Shown here: positions 47,099 through 55,922 of the stretch, piece by piece
Numbering within the stretch: position 1 is the stretch's first letter
Layout of the letters: each line of letters begins with the position of its first letter
Assembly (NCBI GenBank): GCA_963635575.1
Contig: CAVHFU010000004.1
Span: 1 to 61,894, forward strand
Direction of reading: 5' to 3'
Length of the DNA: 61,894 bases
Source: a bacterium
Lineage (GTDB): Bacteria > Bacillota > Clostridia > TANB77 > RGIG9151
The notes under the pieces: generated by a model
The model's database searches: none
Told to the model about the DNA's origin: nothing
Seen by the model: only the letters and a program-made list of their open reading frames with translations
Translations under genes and position numbers: made by a program

Positions 47099-48373
47099 AT
47101 GGAAAACTTGAGATTAGGTTCAACTGGACCACAAGTTATGCTTTTACAAAGTGTGTTAAAGACGCTAGGCTTTTATACAGGTGAAATTGATGGGAATTTT
47201 GGACTAAATACAGAAAGGACTGTTAGAAGGTTTCAAAGAAATTTTTCTTTGCAAAGCGATGGCACAGTTGGAGAACTAACGTGGAGGGTACTTACACCAT
47301 ATATTAACGGATATACAAGATATACAGTTAAGCGAGGGGATACTTTTTATAACATAGCAAGAAGATTTTCGACAACAGCAAATAGAATCGCTGCTACAAA
47401 TCTCGGCGTATCTTCTACACGTCTCGCTGTTGGGCAAAGTATCATTGTGCCATTTGGCAATGTTGTAAAGACTAATATAAATTATACATACGATATTCTT
47501 AGTATGAATGTAGATTCGCTTCAGACCATATACCCATTTTTAAGTGTGACTAGCATTGGAAAAAGTGTGCTTGGCAAGGAATTGAAATGTATAAGAATAG
47601 GGAATGGGCTAAATGAAGTTTTTTATAGTGCTTCAATTCATGCTAATGAATGGATAACATCGGTACTTTTGATGAAATTTATAGAGAATTTTTGTAGGGC
47701 GTATGTAAATAACGGAAAGATGTACGGACTGAATGTAAGAGAGGTATTTAATAGTGCATCGATATATATTGTTCCGATGGTTAATCCGGATGGGGTTGAT
47801 TTGGTGACGGGCGGACTTGATACTGCGTCAGACGCGTATCAAAATGCAAAAATAATTGCTGAAAATTATCCGATTATACCGTTCCCGGATGGTTGGAAGG
47901 CGAATATTGACGGAGTAGATTTAAATTTGCAGTTTCCGGCAGGTTGGGAGAATGCAAGGCAAATTAAATTTGCACAAGGCTTTACGACACCGTCTCCTAA
48001 AGATTATGTTGGCAACGGATCGCTTACACAACCTGAAGCAATAAGTATGTATGACTTTACATTAGCACATAATTTTAGACTTATTTTAGCGTATCATACA
48101 CAAGGAAGGGTTATATATTGGAGATTCTTAGATTACTTACCGCCACAGTCTAGGGAAATTGGTGAAAGACTTGCAAAGATAAGTGGCTATCTTTTAGAAA
48201 GTACACCATATTCTTCAGGATACGCAGGGTATAAAGATTGGTTTATTCAAAATTACAATAGACCTGGGTATACAATTGAAGTTGGGTGGGGAACAAATCC
48301 ACTTCCGATTTCTCAGTTTGGTACGATTTATTCTGAGAATGAGGGGATTTTAATAACTGGTGCTATAATTTAA
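47099..48373 (+). CDS. M14-family gamma-D-glutamyl-(L)-meso-diaminopimelate peptidase with PG_binding_1 and LysM domains
   Basis: LGSTGPQVMLLQSVLKTLGFYTGEIDGNFG (PG-binding); YTVKRGDTFYNIARRF (LysM); SIHANEW zinc HxxE. Confidence 0.8.
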   Translation: MENLRLGSTGPQVMLLQSVLKTLGFYTGEIDGNFGLNTERTVRRFQRNFSLQSDGTVGELTWRVLTPYINGYTRYTVKRGDTFYNIARRFSTTANRIAATNLGVSSTRLAVGQSIIVPFGNVVKTNINYTYDILSMNVDSLQTIYPFLSVTSIGKSVLGKELKCIRIGNGLNEVFYSASIHANEWITSVLLMKFIENFCRAYVNNGKMYGLNVREVFNSASIYIVPMVNPDGVDLVTGGLDTASDAYQNAKIIAENYPIIPFPDGWKANIDGVDLNLQFPAGWENARQIKFAQGFTTPSPKDYVGNGSLTQPEAISMYDFTLAHNFRLILAYHTQGRVIYWRFLDYLPPQSREIGERLAKISGYLLESTPYSSGYAGYKDWFIQNYNRPGYTIEVGWGTNPLPISQFGTIYSENEGILITGAII

Positions 48374-48407
48374 ACAAAAGGGACTTCAAAAAAAGTCCCT
48401 TTTGTTA
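48373..48407 (+). terminator. rho-independent terminator
   Basis: AACAAAAGGGACT-N8-AGTCCCTTTTGTT. Confidence 0.8.
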
Positions 48408-48451
48408 TTGATTTTTATAAGCTATAATGATAAAATCAAAGAGATGTAAAT

Positions 48452-48527
<76 letters not shown>

Positions 48528-48530
48528 TTT

Positions 48531-49016
48531 TTATCGTTCTATACTGAAATCTTTATCTAATTTTTTTATTTCTCTTTGCATTTTGTCACGACAAATTTTT
48601 ACTTCTTCGTTTATTTGCTCTTTAGATAAGTTCTTATTTTCAGATATTTCTTTTATTATTTTCGAGTATTTTTCGATAATTTTATTTAATTCTTTATCTT
48701 TTTTACCTTCTTTTTCATGAATGGCGTAGCGTCTTTGGAACTCATTCATTATTGCAGAAATGTATAGAAGGTATTTTAGTAGTTCTTCTTTAGATTTCAT
48801 TGCTTTTTTCATCTTTGCACCGATACTTTTCCAAAAGCCCTCTTTTTGCATTATTTCATCAAAAGTTTTTTCACATACATCTTTATCTTCCGAAATGTTT
48901 TCCGCAAAAGTTTGCTTTATTAAGTCAAGTACATCCATTGCTATTTTTTCTAGATTTGTTACTTCATTAAATTTGTCTATAAATTCGTCGATTTTTTCAA
49001 ATAATTTTTGAAACAT
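48531..49016 (-). CDS. hypothetical K/E-rich coiled-coil protein
   Basis: ORF lies 10 nt downstream of the preceding membrane-protein gene. No family recognised. Confidence 0.55.
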   Translation of the reverse strand: MFQKLFEKIDEFIDKFNEVTNLEKIAMDVLDLIKQTFAENISEDKDVCEKTFDEIMQKEGFWKSIGAKMKKAMKSKEELLKYLLYISAIMNEFQRRYAIHEKEGKKDKELNKIIEKYSKIIKEISENKNLSKEQINEEVKICRDKMQREIKKLDKDFSIER

Positions 49017-49026
49017 ATTTCGCCTC

Positions 49027-49995
49027 CTAGCCTAAAATGTCTGAGAAAACTTTGTCTATCATAAAACCTGCAAGAAGTATAAGCATTATCATAACTATTG
49101 AATATTCAAAAGTCATAAAGAAAGCTAAGAAAAACATTGTAAGAAGTATTATTGCTAAAATTCTTACATTTTCTTGAATAAATGCATATAATGCTCCTAA
49201 AATAGATAATGTGATTATCACATAATGCAAATAAGAATTAGGTCCAACTACAACAGGGTGACCAAATGTCTTAAAATATGGAATTATAGTATTTGTAAGA
49301 TAAATTATAGGATGTGTAAATAAGCTTTTTGCATTTGTCCATATTGCCGAGAAGTAATTATCAAGAGGAAGTAATGAACTTAATGTACCTTTAAAATATG
49401 CTATAAATATAAAAATTCCGAGCATAATAATTATTCCTACCAAAAAGTATAAAAATGCTTGTAAAACTGCAATGTGTTTTTGTTTTACCATAAAGTAGAT
49501 ATAAGGTATAATTCCAAGAAGTAGGCAAGTTGGCTCAATTACAAGTGCAATTGTAAAGAATATACCTGAAATAAAGTTCCATCTTCTAAGCATACTGTGG
49601 ACACCTATATACATAAATAGCAAATATAGTGTAAAAGATAAAACTAGGAATATATTTATTGAATACATTTTTTCAACAAAATAAGGATAAACGGCGAAAA
49701 GCAGTGAAGCACATAAACCACCGGTTTTTCCTACAATTATTTTACCTAAGGCAAATATTGCTAAAATCATAAACATATGTAGAACGAATTCTACCCATAT
49801 GAAAAAAGTAGATGCTGATGTTATGAAATTTGTGGTCATTCCGAATTTACTTAGAGTAGAAACGTGCGAGGCAGGTAAAATACTTGGCATCGAAACCACG
49901 TATCTTAGTGTAAATCCCCAAAACATAACTACAATCAGCAAAACAAAAAATAATGGCGAATTTGCTGAAAAAACTTTACTGTAATAATTTTTCAT
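49027..49995 (-). CDS. polytopic integral membrane protein (weak GT-C/PMT_2-like glycosyltransferase resemblance)
   Basis: At least 9 hydrophobic segments. The functional call is only a loose resemblance. Confidence 0.55.
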   Translation of the reverse strand: MKNYYSKVFSANSPLFFVLLIVVMFWGFTLRYVVSMPSILPASHVSTLSKFGMTTNFITSASTFFIWVEFVLHMFMILAIFALGKIIVGKTGGLCASLLFAVYPYFVEKMYSINIFLVLSFTLYLLFMYIGVHSMLRRWNFISGIFFTIALVIEPTCLLLGIIPYIYFMVKQKHIAVLQAFLYFLVGIIIMLGIFIFIAYFKGTLSSLLPLDNYFSAIWTNAKSLFTHPIIYLTNTIIPYFKTFGHPVVVGPNSYLHYVIITLSILGALYAFIQENVRILAIILLTMFFLAFFMTFEYSIVMIMLILLAGFMIDKVFSDILG

Positions 49996-50089
49996 TTGTA
50001 TACCTCCAATCGAAAATATGATACAATATTTCTGAAAACATTACAAGACACACTAATATTATTTTTAAGAACATGTTGGAGGAATGATT

Positions 50090-50803
50090 ATGAGCAGAAT
50101 AGTGATTGTTACTGGCGGAACACGCGGAATAGGAAAGGCAATATGCGAAGAATTTATAAAAAATGGAGATATTGTAGTTTTAAACTATAAAAAGTCGTAT
50201 GAAAAAGCAGTAGAATTAAAAGAAAAGTTGGGAGAAAACTTATATTTAATTCGAGCAGATGTTGGAAATATGTTTGAAGTAAAAGTTATGACTGAGTTTT
50301 GCCTAAATAAGTTCGGGAAAGTGGATGTCTTAGTTAATAACGCAGGAATTTCGCAAATTAAGCCATTTGCAGACATCACAGAAGATGACTGGGACGAAAT
50401 GATAAGAGTTAATTTAAAAGGAATATACAACACAACAAAATGTGTAATTGACTCTATGATACATGAGAAAAAAGGAAAAATTATAAATATATCATCAATT
50501 TGGGGAGAAGTTGGTGCATCGTGTGAAGTACATTACTCTACTGCAAAAGCGGGAGTAATAGGTTTTACAAAGGCATTAGCTAAAGAAATGGCATTATCCA
50601 ATATTCAAGTAAACTGTATAGCGCCTGGAATTATAGACACAGAAATGAATGCACAATTTAATTTAGAAGAATTAAAAGAAGAAGTACCGAGTGGAAAAAT
50701 CGGTACTCCTAAAGATATTGCAAATATGACTTTATTTTTAGCATCAGACAAAGCTGATTACATAACAGGTCAAACTATTGGTGTAAATGGTGGGATAAAT
50801 TAA
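50090..50803 (+). CDS. SDR-family oxidoreductase (FabG-like)
   Basis: TGGTRGIGKA, NNAG, YSTAK. ATG 50090 lies 6 nt after GGAGGA. Confidence 0.85.
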   Translation: MSRIVIVTGGTRGIGKAICEEFIKNGDIVVLNYKKSYEKAVELKEKLGENLYLIRADVGNMFEVKVMTEFCLNKFGKVDVLVNNAGISQIKPFADITEDDWDEMIRVNLKGIYNTTKCVIDSMIHEKKGKIINISSIWGEVGASCEVHYSTAKAGVIGFTKALAKEMALSNIQVNCIAPGIIDTEMNAQFNLEELKEEVPSGKIGTPKDIANMTLFLASDKADYITGQTIGVNGGIN

Positions 50804-51894
50804 TCAAAATACCGTTCTATATCCGGTCTAACCATCATTGGGTTTACATCAAGTTTTACAATGTCACCTATTTTTGCGTCAATATCAGTTAAATCAATAA
50901 CAATGTTATTTGTACCTATTTTACCTAAAATAGGTACTTTTATATTGTTAACGTCAACATATATTTTCTTATTGAAATTTTTCAACTTATTATATATTTC
51001 GCGTAATGTATCTATAAAACCAAAGCAGTCTTGGCCTTTTTTAAGTTCAAGTCCATCTAAATAGCCAACAGGTACAATCCCTATTGTTGTTTCTCTTGTA
51101 GTTTTATAAGTATTTGAATACCCTATAAAATGGTTTATAGGGAGTTTTTTAATGTCCTCGATTTCGGAAATCATATAGCCAATTTTATTTAATTCAAGTG
51201 AATTAGGAACAAGAATTCTTCCAAGTAATGCAGAGCCTATACGAGAAACATCCAAATGAGTATACGGTTTTGTTAGAAAAGCAGAAGAATTAGCTATATG
51301 TCTAAAGCCAACATCAATTCCTTCATCAGTCAAAATTGATACACATTTATTAAATATGTTAAATTGTTTATCTGTGTAATCTGTTTTTTCATTAAATGAA
51401 GAAGAAAAGTGAGAAAAAACACCAACAACGCCAATGTTTGGTTTCGATTTTAGTTCAGCAGCTAATTTAATCATATCATCAGGTAAAAAGCCAAAACGGC
51501 CAAAACCTGTATCTATTTTTAATTGACAGTATAGCGGAGTTTCGGTTTCTTTAGAAATTTTATCTAATGTATTTAGTGCTTCAAACGAGCCTATTGTTGG
51601 CAAGATGTCATTATTTAATAAAATTAAAAGTTCATCATATATAGCAGTAGAATGAAGTAACATTATTTTTGCATTTATTCCGTTATTTCTTAGAGTAATA
51701 GCTTCCTCAGTAGTTGATACTGCAAAGAAATCTATGCCATTTTCCATAAGAAGCTTTGGAAATTCATCTAATCCAAGACCATAGCCATTATTTTTAAGAG
51801 TAGCAATAATAGGGGAATTGGTTATTGATTTCAACTTGTTAATGTTATCTATTAATTTAGTTTTTTCTACAACTAGGTTTTTCATTAATGTCAA
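50800..51894 (-). CDS. alanine racemase family PLP enzyme
   Basis: ATLKNNGYGLG is a PLP-lysine motif (compare VVKANAYGHG). VPVGYLDG matches GYADG. The stop overlaps the SDR stop by 4 nt, convergently. Confidence 0.75.
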   Translation of the reverse strand: MTLMKNLVVEKTKLIDNINKLKSITNSPIIATLKNNGYGLGLDEFPKLLMENGIDFFAVSTTEEAITLRNNGINAKIMLLHSTAIYDELLILLNNDILPTIGSFEALNTLDKISKETETPLYCQLKIDTGFGRFGFLPDDMIKLAAELKSKPNIGVVGVFSHFSSSFNEKTDYTDKQFNIFNKCVSILTDEGIDVGFRHIANSSAFLTKPYTHLDVSRIGSALLGRILVPNSLELNKIGYMISEIEDIKKLPINHFIGYSNTYKTTRETTIGIVPVGYLDGLELKKGQDCFGFIDTLREIYNKLKNFNKKIYVDVNNIKVPILGKIGTNNIVIDLTDIDAKIGDIVKLDVNPMMVRPDIERYFD

Positions 51895-51905
51895 TCCTTC
51901 CGTAA

Positions 51906-52967
51906 TTAACTGTTCTTTTTAACAAATATAATTCTACGAAGTTTTTTGTAAATAGCTCCGCCTTTTTCCAAAACAAAACGTGTAAATGGTTTAAACACCA
52001 AATCTAATTCTCCAATAAATTCAGTAAAATCACCATTAAAACCTTTTTTAAATCTGTATAAACCATAAAGTGGGCTGTTTTCATCTAAATCTCCGGAAAC
52101 GCCTCTAAAATCGTAAACATTGCAATTATTTTCAATAGCCCATTTTATCATTGACCATTGAAGAAGATAATTTGGCATAACATTTCTGTGTGCGTTACTA
52201 CTTGCGCCATATAAATACCAGCATTTATCACCATATAAAATAGCAATTGTACCAGCAATAGGAGTTCCATCCTCTAAATAAGCCATATAAAGGCGTAAAT
52301 GATTAGGAGCAAGCTCATCATACATTTTTTCAAAATACTCTAATGAACGAATAACAAAATTATCTCTTACACCGGTTTCTAACATGATTCTATGGAAATC
52401 TTTTAAATCATCTCTAGTCCCAATTTTAGCCGTTACACCTTTTTTACTAGCAAGACGTATGTTATATCTAGTTTTTTGTTCAAAAGAAGCAAGAACTTCA
52501 TCTTCGGTTTTTCCTCTTAAATTATTAATTCTAAAGACAAAGCGAGGCTGTATTCCCTCAAAGTTTTTATTTTGCTTAGGTAGTTTAAAACCACATTTTT
52601 TAACAACTTCAGCAAACTTTTTATCAGTCGCAAGGACATCTGTATCAAGTTTTAACGTGTATGCTTTATATTTTTTTGTAAGTTCTCTTACTTTATTAAT
52701 CAATCCTTGCATTAATTCTAAATTATAAACATCGCAAACAGGCCCACGTGGGGAATACATAAGAGTATATGGTAATCCAGGAACTTTTCTTATAAGAACC
52801 ATCATAGCACCAATAATGTTATCTTTATCATCATAGGCAACTACAAATTCATGTTTCCAATTAGCCTTAACCCTTGTCCACTCAAAAGACTGCATAAAAT
52901 GTGACTTGGGATGGCTTTGAAGAAAATCCTCAAGCTTTTTTTCATCATAATCGGTAGTTATTTTCAT
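51906..52967 (-). CDS. FemAB-family peptidoglycan aminoacyltransferase (lipid II branch-peptide transferase)
   Basis: SHFMQSFEWTRVK, CWYLYGASSN, PNYLLQWSMIKWAIENNCNVYDFRGV. Confidence 0.85.
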   Translation of the reverse strand: MKITTDYDEKKLEDFLQSHPKSHFMQSFEWTRVKANWKHEFVVAYDDKDNIIGAMMVLIRKVPGLPYTLMYSPRGPVCDVYNLELMQGLINKVRELTKKYKAYTLKLDTDVLATDKKFAEVVKKCGFKLPKQNKNFEGIQPRFVFRINNLRGKTEDEVLASFEQKTRYNIRLASKKGVTAKIGTRDDLKDFHRIMLETGVRDNFVIRSLEYFEKMYDELAPNHLRLYMAYLEDGTPIAGTIAILYGDKCWYLYGASSNAHRNVMPNYLLQWSMIKWAIENNCNVYDFRGVSGDLDENSPLYGLYRFKKGFNGDFTEFIGELDLVFKPFTRFVLEKGGAIYKKLRRIIFVKKNS

Positions 52968-53036
52968 ATTTTTTTCCTCCGTATAAATATTAATGATATA
53001 AAAATATCACAATATTCAGTTAATATCAATAGAACT

Positions 53037-53141
53037 TGCCCAAAAGGGACGGGTCTTTTTGGTCAAGTTTTAAAAGACGTACAATATCGGCAGAAAGCAA
53101 GTCGCATGGTTTAACCAATACAGACCTGTCCCTTTTGGGCA
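53037..53141 (+). repeat. MITE-like ~105-bp element, copy C1
   Basis: Ends are TGCCCAAAAGGGACGGGTCTTTTTGGTCAAG ... AGACCTGTCCCTTTTGGGCA. Confidence 0.8.
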
Positions 53142-53164
53142 AAATCAAATCATATAAAAAATAT

Positions 53165-53271
53165 TGACCAAAATGGGACAGGTCTAAATCAAAGGAAACG
53201 GATAGTAATGATGAAAAGTGCGATTGAGGGCAATTTGAAATGTGACCAAAAAGACCCGTCCCTTTTGGTCA
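53165..53271 (-). repeat. MITE-like ~105-bp element, copy C2 (inverted)
   Basis: Ends are TGACCAAAATGGGACAGGTCT ... TGACCAAAAAGACCCGTCCCTTTTGGTCA. Confidence 0.8.
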
Positions 53272-53336
53272 CATTGACGAATATTGCTAAGTATGGTATA
53301 TTGTTATATGTAATTTTTGCAAAGGAGATTTTGAGT

Positions 53337-54653
53337 ATGGGTGATGTAAATAAGGTTGAACCTAGGACTTTACCTGGTTTTATGGAATTACTTCCAAATG
53401 AGCAAATTTTGTTTAATCAAATGAAAGAGAAAATTCAAAAATCATATGAAAAGTTTGGATTTTTGCCATTAGATACTCCTGTTTTAGAGCTCGGAGAAGT
53501 GTTACTTGCAAAGGCCGGGGGAGAGACAGAAAAGCAAATATATAGATTTACGAAAGGCGATAATGATTTGATTATGCGTTTTGATTTAACTGTGCCTTTA
53601 GCTAAGTTTGTTGCTGAACATTACGGTGAGTTAGGTTTTCCTTTTAGAAGATATCAAATCGGCAAAGTATATAGGGGTGAAAGACCTCAAAAGGGACGCT
53701 TTAGGGAATTTTATCAATGTGATATTGATATTATCGGCGATGGAGAATTATCTATAATAAATGATGCGGAAATGCCTAGTGTTATTTATAATACTTTTAA
53801 GGAACTTGGTTTTTCTGAGTTTGTTATTTGCATAAATAATAGAAAGATTTTGAATGGTATATTTAGACATCTTGAACTATCAGATGTATCTATGGATGTT
53901 ATGAGAATTATAGATAAATTGGACAAAATCGGTGTAGAGGCTGTATGTAGCGAATTGGCGAAGTTAGATATAAACGAAGCTTCAATAGAAACAATAAAGA
54001 ATTTTGTGCTTATACAAGGCTCGACTGATGAAAAATTGCTTGCTTTAGATAATTTAGGTATTGAAGATGAACTTTTTATAGAGGGTTTAAATGAGCTAAA
54101 AGAAGTTGTAAAGTATATTAGAATACTAAAAGTGCCTGATACTCACTTTACAGTAGACTTAAAAATAGCTAGGGGCCTTGATTACTACACAGGTACAGTA
54201 TATGAAACATTTTTGACTAATTATCGTAATTTGGGAAGTGTATGCTCTGGTGGTAGATACGATAACTTGGCTGAATTTTACACAAACAAGAAATTGCCTG
54301 GAGTTGGAATTTCAATAGGTCTTACAAGACTATTTTACCAATTAAATGAGGCTAATTTGATAAATTGTGATAAAAAATCAATAGCTGATGTGTTAGTTAT
54401 TTCTATGGATGATGACTTAAGTGATTGCTTGGTTGCTGCAACGACATTTAGAGAAAACGGTATAAATGCAGAAGTTTACTTGCAAGATAAGAAAATGAAA
54501 GCAAAAATGAAGTATGCTGACAAGCTTCAAATTCCATTTGTCGTAATTATAGGAGACGATGAGAGAAAGGCCGGAAAGGTTACATTAAAAAATATGATGT
54601 CAGGAGAACAAAAATTAGTATCTGTTGATGAGGCGATAGGATTGATTAAGTAA
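53337..54653 (+). CDS. hisS: histidine--tRNA ligase
   Basis: LPGFMELLP, class II motifs ..FRYQ..YRGERPQKGRFREFYQCD, RGLDYYTG, GGRYD. AAAGGAG lies 9 nt before ATG 53337. Confidence 0.9.
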   Translation: MGDVNKVEPRTLPGFMELLPNEQILFNQMKEKIQKSYEKFGFLPLDTPVLELGEVLLAKAGGETEKQIYRFTKGDNDLIMRFDLTVPLAKFVAEHYGELGFPFRRYQIGKVYRGERPQKGRFREFYQCDIDIIGDGELSIINDAEMPSVIYNTFKELGFSEFVICINNRKILNGIFRHLELSDVSMDVMRIIDKLDKIGVEAVCSELAKLDINEASIETIKNFVLIQGSTDEKLLALDNLGIEDELFIEGLNELKEVVKYIRILKVPDTHFTVDLKIARGLDYYTGTVYETFLTNYRNLGSVCSGGRYDNLAEFYTNKKLPGVGISIGLTRLFYQLNEANLINCDKKSIADVLVISMDDDLSDCLVAATTFRENGINAEVYLQDKKMKAKMKYADKLQIPFVVIIGDDERKAGKVTLKNMMSGEQKLVSVDEAIGLIK

Positions 54654-54747
54654 AGGTTACCTTTGCTGCTAAGATTTACATAAAGGCAATCAGCAAAAAA
54701 AATAGAAAACATATATAAAAGAACTTGTATGAGGGGTTGAAGTACAT

Positions 54748-55773
54748 ATGAAGAAATTTTATATATGTTTTTTTGTTTGTTTGGGACTAATCTTTTCAGT
54801 GTCATCGGCAATAGAACTAAGGCTTAATTGGGGAACTTTTAACATGCCGGAAGATCCAGTTGTAATAAACAACAGAATTTTAGTCCCACTTCGAGTTATT
54901 GCAGAGATTTTTGGTTGTAATGTAAAATGGGATGAAAGTTTTGTGGTTACGGTTACAAACAAGGACAGCGAACTTATTTTGCCAATCGATTCGACAAAAG
55001 TAACAATTAATGGGGAAGAATTTGAACTTGACGCACCGGCAATTTTAAAAAATGACACAACTATGATCCCTCTTAGATTTATTTCAGACTATGTTGATGC
55101 GGAAGTAGAATGGTATGAAGAAAACAAAATAGTTAATCTTGTAATAGATAATGCAGAACTAAAAGCAAGGGCGGAAAACGTAAGTAGAAGCTATGCAAAA
55201 AGGACCCAATATCCTAATGCGCTAAATAAGAAAATAGTTATAGATGCCGGACATGGCGGAACAGAAGTTGGTGCAACATATGGAGGAGTATATGAGAAAA
55301 ATATTAATTTAGCAATTGCTAAAGTTGTACAACGTGAATTAGAAAAGCAAGGCGTAAGGGTATATATGGCAAGAACAACCGATGTAACAACTACACTTGC
55401 ATCTAGAGCAAATTTGGCAAACAATATAAATGCTGATTTGTTTGTAAGTGTGCATAATAACGCTATGCCTAATAAATCAACAGTAAACGGAACAGAAGTT
55501 TTATATCCGTCGAGTACGGTAGTAAAGAATGGGATATCGGCATATAGTTTAGCTACAAAACTCCAAAAGACCGTTTCGAGTTTGGCCGGAACATATGATA
55601 AAGGAATAATTAATAGAAACAACTTGTACGTATTAAACCATACCAATATGCCTGCCGTTATAGTAGAAGTGGCATATATGACTAATTCCGGTGACTTAGC
55701 TAGGCTAAAGGATAATGAATTCTTAGAAAAAGCCGGGAAAGCCATAGCACAAGGAATTTTAGAAAGTTTTTAA
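54748..55773 (+). CDS. N-acetylmuramoyl-L-alanine amidase (Amidase_3) with N-terminal copper-amine-oxidase-like stalk domain
   Basis: Signal-like N-terminus; RILVPLRVIAEIFG / MIPLRFISDYV repeats; IDAGHGG, SVHNNA. Confidence 0.85.
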   Translation: MKKFYICFFVCLGLIFSVSSAIELRLNWGTFNMPEDPVVINNRILVPLRVIAEIFGCNVKWDESFVVTVTNKDSELILPIDSTKVTINGEEFELDAPAILKNDTTMIPLRFISDYVDAEVEWYEENKIVNLVIDNAELKARAENVSRSYAKRTQYPNALNKKIVIDAGHGGTEVGATYGGVYEKNINLAIAKVVQRELEKQGVRVYMARTTDVTTTLASRANLANNINADLFVSVHNNAMPNKSTVNGTEVLYPSSTVVKNGISAYSLATKLQKTVSSLAGTYDKGIINRNNLYVLNHTNMPAVIVEVAYMTNSGDLARLKDNEFLEKAGKAIAQGILESF

Positions 55774-55922
55774 TAAAAACTCCGTAAAGTCGCTTAATTT
55801 ATTTTTTGGTTACGTCTCATTTTGGATTTTGGGTTTACAAATTTTTCTATGGAAAAATCATATAATATGTAGTATAATTAACTGGTTAAAAATATAATCG
55901 TAAAAAGAGAGGGTGAACCAAT

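Noticed and set aside
48373-48407. Possible fifth, minimal MITE copy (AACAAAAGGGACT...AGTCCCTTTTGTT shares CAAAAGGGAC with the MITE termini)
   Set aside because: Only the 10-nt core matches. It lacks the GACC/GGTC ends and the ~55-bp interior, and it is perfectly explained as the terminator of the M14 peptidase gene. It may be related but is not countable as a copy.
53208-53336. N-terminal 43-aa extension of hisS in the ORF track (MMKSAIEGNLKCDQKDPSLLVT..)
   Set aside because: This stretch is read-through of MITE-like copy C2. A proper AAAGGAG RBS precedes ATG 53337, and HisS homology begins there.
55774-55922. T-box leader upstream of cysS (and likewise upstream of hisS)
   Set aside because: The spacer is only ~150 nt and has no specifier stem, T-box sequence or terminator. 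For hisS the space is occupied by the MITE-like pair.
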